Assembly: GCA_963718505.1 (NCBI GenBank)
Contig: CAVQZP010000007.1
Span: 113,507 to 145,506 of the forward strand
DNA from: an uncultured Acidobacteriota bacterium
GTDB lineage: Bacteria > Acidobacteriota > Terriglobia > Terriglobales > Acidobacteriaceae
Reading direction: 5' to 3'
Length of the DNA stretch: 32,000 nt
Each line of letters starts with the position of its first letter. The first letter of the stretch is position 1. The translations under genes and the position numbers were made by a program. The notes beneath the pieces are model-generated. The model worked only from the letters and a program-made list of their open reading frames with translations, was not told where the DNA came from and searched no databases. Below, piece by piece: positions 24,705-30,682 of this stretch.

Positions 24705-25229
24705 ATGCCAGGAAAGACCTTTCTTCTGCTCCGCGTCATCCTTCTTCTCGTTTCCGCCAGACTCCTCTCAGCCCAGCCACAGCCTGCCCTCGATATCAGC
24801 GGACCCGGCATCGCTGCTATCAAAATTTCGCTGCAGGATCTATCGCGCATGCCGCGCCTGACGCTCGACGTCCGCGAGCCTCACAAAGGCGAAATGCAGC
24901 ACTACGAGGGTGTTCGCCTGTCAGATTTGCTGGCAAAAGCAGGCGTGCCGCTGGGCGAGAAGCTGCGCGGGCAGGGACTCGCCACCTACGTCGTGGCGAC
25001 AGCTTCCGACGGATATGCAGTGGTGTATTCCATTGCCGAATTGGACCCGGCCATGACCGACAATCAGGTGATCGTCGCCGACACGATGAACGGCAAGCCG
25101 CTGGAACCGAAAGAAGGACCGCTCAAAATCGTTGTGCCGGGCGACAAGCGGCCCGCGCGCTGGATCCGCATGTTGACCGATCTTCGGATCGAGAACGCCG
25201 TCAATCCTTCTGAATCATCACCTCGGTAG
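24705..25229 (+). CDS. Secreted small protein resembling the Moco-binding domain of YedY/sulfite-oxidase-type oxidoreductases, but containing no cysteine
   Basis: Signal peptide LLLRVILLLVSARLLSA. The pattern YEGVRLSDLLAKAGV...ATYVVATASDGYAVVYSIAEL...VIVADTMNGKPL....GPLKIVVPGDKRPARWIRMLTDLRI follows the oxidoreductase molybdopterin-binding fold. I checked the whole 174-aa sequence and it has zero Cys. Confidence 0.55.
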   Translation: MPGKTFLLLRVILLLVSARLLSAQPQPALDISGPGIAAIKISLQDLSRMPRLTLDVREPHKGEMQHYEGVRLSDLLAKAGVPLGEKLRGQGLATYVVATASDGYAVVYSIAELDPAMTDNQVIVADTMNGKPLEPKEGPLKIVVPGDKRPARWIRMLTDLRIENAVNPSESSPR

Positions 25230-25407
25230 ACTTGATGATGGCGGTCACGGTATCGCCCTTCTTCAGCGCCAGTTCATCGGCACTGCGCCGCGTGATCGCG
25301 CTCTCGATCAGGTTTTCGCCAACCCGCACCACCACGTGCGCCATCACGGTGCCGAGCACAACTTCCTCGACCGTGCCCTTGAGCCGGTTTCTTGCTGAGA
25401 GTGCCAT
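25201..25407 (-). CDS. mop: Molybdenum-pterin binding protein / molbindin (single Mop/TOBE domain, 68 aa)
   Basis: MALSARNRLKGTVEEVVLGTVMAHVVVRVGENLIESAITRRSADELALKKGDTVTAIIKSTEVMIQKD is the canonical Mop pattern. The track ORF is trimmed to ATG 25407. Its 3' end overlaps the convergent gene by 29 nt. Confidence 0.8.
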   Translation of the reverse strand: MALSARNRLKGTVEEVVLGTVMAHVVVRVGENLIESAITRRSADELALKKGDTVTAIIKSTEVMIQKD

Positions 25408-25413
25408 CCCGGC

Positions 25414-25419
25414 ATTATA
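25414..25419 (-). promoter_or_regulatory. Consensus -10 hexamer TATAAT, 6 nt upstream of the mop ATG with no SD (possible leaderless mRNA)
   Basis: Reverse complement of 25405-25421 reads GCTATAATGCCGGGATG. Confidence 0.35.
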
Positions 25420-25640
25420 GCTTCGCTGAGCGTGTGCCAGAACTCTCCGGTCTCTCTCGCTCAAAGATCCCTGGCTCCTGCAGAACCCTTGTCCGGGGCG
25501 CTTTTCAAGCTACCGAAGTAACTCCTCAGTCCATCTGACGTAATGACACTTTTGTACCGTCAATTGGCCGGTTGTTACCTTTGCCAAAGGCACATCCCCA
25601 TTACAAAATAGGTCTGCTAGCGAGGTTGGGCCCCAAAACT

Positions 25641-26351
25641 ATGGAAAATGCCTTTGGCACCGCCTTGGCCCCCATCCCCCAGACCAAGAAGGCTGCAGCG
25701 CGCATTGCTTTCGTCGATCTCAAGGACACCACAAAAACAATCCTGGCCGATTGTTTCCGGCAGTTTGGCATCGATGCCGTGCAAATGCCGGCAAACTCCG
25801 CGCAACGCCTGCAAAAAGAGAAGTTCGAAGCCTGCGTCATCAAGCTCGGCCCCGGCGCCGAAGCCGTGATGGAAGCGATCCGCACCTCGCCGTCCAACAG
25901 CCGCATGGTGATTTATGGCCTGGGTGGCAGCGCGCAGGAAGCCATGCGCTATTCCAAGTACGGCATCAACGCCATCTTTCACGAGCCGGTTGAGCGTTCA
26001 ACGGCACTCAAACTCGTGCGCGCCACCCAGATGCTCGTGCTCCACGAATTCCGCCGCTACGTGCGCATTCCCGTGATGACCCAGGTCGACGTACAGATTG
26101 GTGAGGGACGAAAACTCACCGCCACCAGCATCGAGGTGAGTTCCGGCGGCATGTCGGTGAAGACCGCCGAAGACATCGGCACGCACCAGGCCGTCGAAGT
26201 CTCCTTCGCGCTCCTGACCTTGCCCCGCATCTGGGTCCGCGGCCAGGTCACCTGGAAAAAACCCAAGCACTCGTTCGGCATCCGCTTCGACGCCACCGAC
26301 GACCGCCGTCGCAAACTCAAAGACTGGATCGACGCCTACCTCGAAAGCTAA
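25641..26351 (+). CDS. PilZ-domain protein with an N-terminal receiver-like domain lacking the phospho-acceptor Asp
   Basis: C-terminus: RRYVRIPV (RxxxR) and EVSSGGMSV (D/NxSxxG-like) PilZ motifs. N-terminus: RIAFVDL...ACVIKL...MVIYGLGG...GINAIFHEPV follows the CheY beta-strand pattern with K, G and E at the D57, T87 and K109 equivalents (by-eye alignment). The start is uncertain (ATG 25641 or TTG 25572). Confidence 0.7.
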   Translation: MENAFGTALAPIPQTKKAAARIAFVDLKDTTKTILADCFRQFGIDAVQMPANSAQRLQKEKFEACVIKLGPGAEAVMEAIRTSPSNSRMVIYGLGGSAQEAMRYSKYGINAIFHEPVERSTALKLVRATQMLVLHEFRRYVRIPVMTQVDVQIGEGRKLTATSIEVSSGGMSVKTAEDIGTHQAVEVSFALLTLPRIWVRGQVTWKKPKHSFGIRFDATDDRRRKLKDWIDAYLES

Positions 26352-26360
26352 TTCGCCGAT

Positions 26361-26410
26361 CGCTGAAAGCTGGTAGCTCATCTCGAAGCTCGAAGCTCGT
26401 GGCTGAAGCG
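26361..26410. repeat. 7-bp periodic tract (GCTGAAA GCTGGTA GCTCATC TCGAAGC TCGAAGC TCGTGGC TGAAGCG) starting 10 nt after the PilZ gene stop
   Basis: Read directly from the sequence. It includes two exact CGAAGCT heptads. Confidence 0.65.
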
Positions 26411-26420
26411 TCACGACTCG

Positions 26421-26466
26421 CGTGGGGAGAGACGCCCTCGTCTGTCCGGCGGAGCATAGCTCCGCT
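26421..26466. repeat. R2 repeat copy CGTGGGGAGAGACGCCCTCGTCTGTCCGGCGGAGCATAGCTCCGCT
   Basis: Same two-hairpin layout (GACGCC.../...GTC and GCGGAGC-ATA-GCTCCGC) as 17004-17052. Confidence 0.75.
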
Positions 26467-26498
26467 ACTGCGGGCTGCTCACTTATCCCATCGCCGTC

Positions 26499-27359
26499 AT
26501 GAAGCTAGGTGGCCCAGGTTCGCGTCCCGTCTTTTGGGACGCTAACCTGGGATCTAATTACACCCATTACAATATCCTCGTGCCCCCCAGTCCGACGGTC
26601 GTCGACGATGAAGGAATCGATCCTCTCACTGGGCGCCCGCCGTTCACGCTCGTCGAGCGCATTCTCCTGACCCTGATCTCCTGGGCCACCACCATCGCCG
26701 TCCGCCTGATCGGACCGACCATGCGCTTCGCGGTCTCCTGCGAGCCGAACTCGCCCGTCAGCCTCGAGCAGCGCCCGTTCGTCTATTCGTTCTGGCACCA
26801 GTGCACATTCGCCGCGACGTATCTCTGGCGCGATCTCGACATCCGCGTCATGAGCAGCACCAGCTTCGACGGAGAGTTCACCGCCCGCATGATCCGCCGC
26901 TTCGGCTTCGTCCCCGTGCGCGGCTCCTCGAGCCGCGGTGCTGTGCGCGGCCTGCTCGGCATGCGCAAGGAGATCGACGCCGGATACACCGTCGCCTTCA
27001 CCATCGACGGCCCGCGCGGCCCGCGCTTCGTCACCAAGCCCGGCCCCGTGCTGCTCGCGCGTTCTTCGCGAGTACCCATGGCCGTCTTTCACATCGCCAT
27101 CGACCGCTGCTGGACGCTCAACACCTGGGACCGTCTCCTGATCCCCAAGCCCTTCTCGTGCGCGCTCATGCGCGTCGGATCGCTGATCCCCGTCCCCGAA
27201 GACATGCCGTCCGAGCAACTCGACCACTACAACGCGCTTCTCCAGTCGTCGCTCGACCGCGTAAAAGCCTTCGCCGAAGCCAACGTCGACAAGGTCGGAT
27301 CGTCCGAGTTCCCGTTCTTCCGCCGACGCGCCAAGGGCGGGACCTTCATCGCCAGCTGA
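26499..27359 (+). CDS. DUF374 / lysophospholipid-acyltransferase-like protein; true start probably downstream of 26499 (e.g. GTG 26580)
   Basis: FVYSFWHQCTF...VMSSTSFDGEFTARMIRRFGFVPVRGSSSRGAVRGLL...GYTVAFTIDGPRGPRF..KPGPVLLARSSRVPM is the DUF374 core. The first 18 codons of the track ORF are the R5 repeat hairpin, so ATG 26499 is doubtful. Confidence 0.7.
   Translation: MKLGGPGSRPVFWDANLGSNYTHYNILVPPSPTVVDDEGIDPLTGRPPFTLVERILLTLISWATTIAVRLIGPTMRFAVSCEPNSPVSLEQRPFVYSFWHQCTFAATYLWRDLDIRVMSSTSFDGEFTARMIRRFGFVPVRGSSSRGAVRGLLGMRKEIDAGYTVAFTIDGPRGPRFVTKPGPVLLARSSRVPMAVFHIAIDRCWTLNTWDRLLIPKPFSCALMRVGSLIPVPEDMPSEQLDHYNALLQSSLDRVKAFAEANVDKVGSSEFPFFRRRAKGGTFIAS
26513..26551. repeat. R5 hairpin repeat CCCAGGTT-CGCGTCCC-GTCTTTT-GGGACGC-T-AACCTGGG
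   Basis: 15 paired bases. The outer arms CCCAGGTT/AACCTGGG are identical to those of the hairpin at 30286-30319. Confidence 0.7.
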
Positions 27360-27397
27360 TATCTCGATCCGGACGATATTGGCCGCGATCGTGTGGC

Positions 27398-27415
27398 GCG
27401 GGCGCCCTCGCCCGC
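27398..27415. repeat. GC hairpin GCGGGCG-CCCT-CGCCCGC, the same unit as 208-227, nested inside the outer arms GTGGCG...CGCCAC
   Basis: Direct comparison with 208-227. Confidence 0.6.
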
Positions 27416-27493
27416 GGGGTCCGCCGTCCCGCCACAATCCCTGTCCTCTCTCAACCCATGTCGATCGGCGTACAATTCCCCGCCGACACTCCC

Positions 27494-28621
27494 ATGAAAA
27501 CCGTTCCGCTCCTCTCCCTCGTCGCACTCATCTCCAACGCCGCATGGTGTCAGCCGAACTCGTACTTCTCCACCGCTCCGATCGTGTCCGGTAGCGCACC
27601 GTCTTCCGCGCCCAGTGTCGTCAATCCGCTCCTTCCCACCGGGCCCGATCCCTGGGTGATCGTCAAAGACGGCGTCTACTACTACATGAACACCACCGGC
27701 TCGAACCTCACGATCTGGAAGACCTGCCACCTCGGCGCGCTCGCCTCCGCCGAGAAGAAGGTCGTCTGGACGCCACCGTCCTCGGGTCCCTACTCCCACG
27801 AGATCTGGGCGCCCGAGCTGCATTTCCTGAACGGCAAGTGGTACATCTACTTCGCCGCCGACGCCGGCACCAACCAATCGCATCGCGTCTGGGTGCTCGA
27901 GAACCCGTCGCCCGATCCCCTGCAGGGCGAGTGGATCATGAAGGGCAAGCTCGCCGATCCCGACGACCGCTGGGCCATCGATCCCACCGTCTTCGAGAAT
28001 CGCGGCCATCTTTACGCCGCGTGGTCCGGGTGGGAAGGCGCGACCAACGGCGTGCAATCGATCTACATCGCCGAGCTGTCGGATCCCTGGACCATCAAGG
28101 GCCGCCGCGCACGCATCTCCACTCCGCAATATCCCTGGGAGAAAGTGGGCGACCGCGATCTTAAGCGCGACCCCGAACAGAATCCCGCGCTCGACGTCGA
28201 CGAGCCCGTGCACATCGACGTCAACGAAGGCCCCGAAGTCCTCCAGCACGGCGACAATATCTTTCTCGTGTATTCGGCGAGCGCCTGCTGGACCGACTTC
28301 TACGAGCTCGGCATGCTCACCGCGCGCGCGTCCGACGACCTGCTCAACCCCGCCTCCTGGAAGAAATCTCCCGCCGCCCTGTTCTGGCAGTCGCCCAAAG
28401 CCCACTCCTACGGCAGCGGCCACAACAGCTTTTTCCAATCACCCGACGGCACCCAAGACTGGATCATCTTTCACGCCAACTCCGAACCTAATCAGGGATG
28501 CGGCGGACACCGCTCCCCCCGAGCGCAGCCGTTCACCTGGAAAGCCGACGGGACGCCCGACTTCGGCCGCCCCGTTCCGACCGGACAGCCCCTGTCCGCG
28601 CCCTCGGGCGAGGGCCGGTAA
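27494..28621 (+). CDS. Secreted glycoside hydrolase family 43 protein
   Basis: The track ORF 26801-28621 is trimmed to ATG 27494, which begins the signal peptide MKTVPLLSLVALISNAAWC. GH43 blades: GPDPWVI.KDGVYYY (catalytic Asp), IWAPELHFLNGKWYIYFA, AIDPTVFEN.GHLY, and NEGPEVLQHGDNIFLVYSA (catalytic Glu). Confidence 0.85.
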   Translation: MKTVPLLSLVALISNAAWCQPNSYFSTAPIVSGSAPSSAPSVVNPLLPTGPDPWVIVKDGVYYYMNTTGSNLTIWKTCHLGALASAEKKVVWTPPSSGPYSHEIWAPELHFLNGKWYIYFAADAGTNQSHRVWVLENPSPDPLQGEWIMKGKLADPDDRWAIDPTVFENRGHLYAAWSGWEGATNGVQSIYIAELSDPWTIKGRRARISTPQYPWEKVGDRDLKRDPEQNPALDVDEPVHIDVNEGPEVLQHGDNIFLVYSASACWTDFYELGMLTARASDDLLNPASWKKSPAALFWQSPKAHSYGSGHNSFFQSPDGTQDWIIFHANSEPNQGCGGHRSPRAQPFTWKADGTPDFGRPVPTGQPLSAPSGEGR

Positions 28622-28686
28622 AGAGCGCTCGTGACGTGCGGCTCGCATGACCACGATCGCGACCACGAGAAAGAAGTGTTCCGCTC

Positions 28687-29046
28687 TTACTGTCCGCTCA
28701 CATTGAAGTCCACCGTGTTCGACGTCAGACCGCCGGTTTGAACGAAGACCTGCGCGAAGCCGAACTGCGACAGGTCGTCCACCGTGATCGCGACCTGCAG
28801 TTCCGTGGCGCTCACGAACATCGTTCTTTGCGGCGCGCCATTCCAGAACACGAGGGCATCGGCGCCGAAGTTGTTTCCGCTCACGGTCATGACGAATGGC
28901 GAGCTGTTGACGGGTACGGTGTTGGGCGTAAGCGTGGTCAGCGCCGGCGGGGAGAAATTGGTGGTGAAGGTCACCTTGGGATCGCGTCCCGCGGTTCCAC
29001 AACCCAAAGTGAAAGCGAGGACAAGCAACAGGCTGGCGGAGCGCAT
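28687..29046 (-). CDS. Lipoprotein with a single IPT/TIG-like Ig-fold domain (119 aa)
   Basis: ATG 29046 lies 5 nt after GAAGGAGG. Lipobox LAFTLGC. LTTLTPNTVPVNSSPFVMTVSGNNFGADALVFWNGAPQ...VSATELQVAI fits the IPT/TIG pattern. Confidence 0.7.
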   Translation of the reverse strand: MRSASLLLVLAFTLGCGTAGRDPKVTFTTNFSPPALTTLTPNTVPVNSSPFVMTVSGNNFGADALVFWNGAPQRTMFVSATELQVAITVDDLSQFGFAQVFVQTGGLTSNTVDFNVSGQ

Positions 29047-29270
29047 AACGGCCTCCTTCAAAAACGGCCAGCATTTTACTCCCGTTCGGGCTTGCGTGTG
29101 TCACGTTCGAAGCGCGGAACCCCGCTCCCAGCATGGGATTCGGCCGAACCGTTAGGTCGTCCGTCCTTGGTCGTCGGTCGTCGGCAAAACTCAAGCCACG
29201 TACAGTGTGCCACCGTTGGTCTGCCACTATGCGCCACAACAGCGGCATGTCGCGGGCAGCCCTGAGCACG

Positions 29271-29732
29271 TGTGGCGCGCACACTCTTGTGCGCGAACAG
29301 AGCATGCAGAAGATCGAATGCATGGCATGAGCCCATAGGGCTCAGAGGACAGACGCCGTCGTCTGTCCAGCGGAGCACAGCTCCGCGCCGCCCTTATGTT
29401 TTCGACATTCCCACAAACTGCGCCATGGTCACTGCTCGTCAATCTCAAAGATTGTCATTCTTTCTGAGCGAAGCGAGGTGCAGCTCTGAAAGAATTGTCA
29501 TCCTCAGCGAAGTGAGGCGAGAGCCGAACAAAGTCGAAAGCCTGCCCTGAGCGAAGTCGAAAGGGGACCTCGTGTTTGCCAAATCAAACCACCGGCCCAA
29601 AGGGGAATTCTCACCACGAACCCATTGGCTACTGAGGAACGCCCCGCTCCGGCACCTCTTGCTGGGACTGCTCCCGCGACACGATACAAGCGGGTCTCGA
29701 CTGCCTTCGCGCACAGGAGTGTGCGCGCCACA
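29271..29732. repeat. Composite repeat nest bounded by a 24/25-nt inverted pair (R6: TGTGGCGCGCACACTCYTGTGCGCG at 29271-29295 and inverted at 29708-29732)
   Basis: I compared both arms base by base and found one mismatch (T/C at arm position 17). Inside are R2 (29347-29386), R1 short (29454-29485) and R1 long (29497-29570). No ORF with coding character. Confidence 0.65.
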
Positions 29733-29739
29733 CAGCCGT

Positions 29740-29745
29740 TACAAT
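29740..29745 (+). promoter_or_regulatory. Candidate -10 hexamer TACAAT, 5 nt upstream of GTG 29751
   Basis: The sequence reads GTTACAATAAGCCGTG. Confidence 0.3.
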
Positions 29746-29750
29746 AAGCC

Positions 29751-30284
29751 GTGCCTCTGCCCCTCTCGTCCGACGAAGCGCTCTGTGCCGGAGCAGTTTT
29801 GCTGAGCGGCGGGCTCGGATTCTTCGGCGGACGTCTAAGATCTTTCCGCGACTTGTCCCGTCGGGCCCGGCTCGGCGCCGTGATCGAGGCGCGTGCCTTC
29901 GCCAACGAACCTCCGCGGCCTGAGCTGCCGGCCGTTCCCTCCGGAGTGATCGGCGGCAGCGTTTTCTCGATCGCGGCGTGCTTTTGGCTGAACTGCCGCG
30001 AATTGATCTACCAACATCTCATTTTCACTACCGCCCTGGTGGCCTGCGCGATTTCAAGCGGAGTGTGGCTGATGATCGCGGCCTCGATTCAGAATGCGGC
30101 CGAGCGGGAACGCCATGCGCGCATCGAGGTTTTCATCGCCGACGCGAACGCTCCGGTGCCGCCGCCGGTCCGGGGACTCGAATCGATGCCCGCCTGGTTC
30201 GACCTGTGGAGCTGGACCAATGCAGCGGTGTTCTTCGGCTTGATGGGGAGACTGGTGCTGCTGCTACTGCCGAGTGGGGAATGA
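29751..30284 (+). CDS. Hypothetical membrane protein (177 aa, about 4 TM helices)
   Basis: High third-position GC through the ORF. Hydrophobic segments: GAVLLSGGLGFFGG, VIGGSVFSIAACFWL, LIFTTALVACAISSGVWLMIAASI and AAVFFGLMGRLVLLLL. GTG start. No family recognised. Confidence 0.45.
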   Translation: MPLPLSSDEALCAGAVLLSGGLGFFGGRLRSFRDLSRRARLGAVIEARAFANEPPRPELPAVPSGVIGGSVFSIAACFWLNCRELIYQHLIFTTALVACAISSGVWLMIAASIQNAAERERHARIEVFIADANAPVPPPVRGLESMPAWFDLWSWTNAAVFFGLMGRLVLLLLPSGE

Positions 30285-30285
30285 G

Positions 30286-30319
30286 CCCAGGTTAGCGGAC
30301 GAGAACACCCAAACCTGGG
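30286..30319. repeat. R5 hairpin CCCAGGTT...AACCTGGG beginning 2 nt after the stop at 30282-30284
   Basis: Outer arms are identical to those of 26513-26551. It marks the transition into the lower-GC segment. Confidence 0.6.
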
Positions 30320-30460
30320 AAGCTGGCGAATTAGCGCCCAATATACGTCGTAACTGACTGACAAGAACGAGTGTTGTTCCCCCATGAACCTTAAACGAAA
30401 ATATTTGGAACTGAGGGCCCAGGCTAGCCTAGAATTGAATTAAGCGAAGGTGGGCTTAGT

Positions 30461-30682
30461 ATGGCTGCGGTTGGCGCGCAAATTGTTTTCGATCCCAACT
30501 TGGTTGTCGAAGTGCTCGACGCAAGAGGCGGGCAGTCTCCCTTTGAAGATGTTATCGAGGCCTTGAAAAACAAACGCTTCGACGAGTCCGCGAGCAGGGA
30601 GTTGATCTGGCACGCGCTAGCACTCGGCCTTGTGCAGTTTACCGACGACAGGATGTTCCTACGCCTTAGCCAACAAGCCTGA
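30461..30682 (+). CDS. Small hypothetical protein (73 aa)
   Basis: ATG 30461 lies 7 nt after AAGGTGG. The region is lower in GC. No family recognised; a small helical/winged-helix-like fold is only a guess. Confidence 0.4.
   Translation: MAAVGAQIVFDPNLVVEVLDARGGQSPFEDVIEALKNKRFDESASRELIWHALALGLVQFTDDRMFLRLSQQA

Noticed and set aside
25408-25570. Moco riboswitch upstream of mop
   Set aside because: The reverse-strand leader shows no multi-stem architecture or conserved blocks I could match to the Moco RNA motif. A TATAAT 6 nt from the ATG argues there is essentially no leader.
26505-28621. Minus-strand ORFs 26505-27527 and 27227-28438, and the 606-aa plus-strand ORF 26801-28621
   Set aside because: The minus-strand ORFs are antisense to the DUF374 and GH43 genes. 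The first about 230 codons of the 606-aa ORF are an out-of-frame read of the DUF374 gene and are Arg/Pro-rich. GH43 starts at the signal peptide (ATG 27494).
30282-30350. UGA read-through / SECIS candidate (TGA at 30282-30284 followed immediately by a hairpin, in a genome that has selA)
   Set aside because: The hairpin is a copy of the R5 interspersed repeat. Read-through would add only 22 residues with no redox motif before a TAA. The upstream protein is not a known selenoprotein family.
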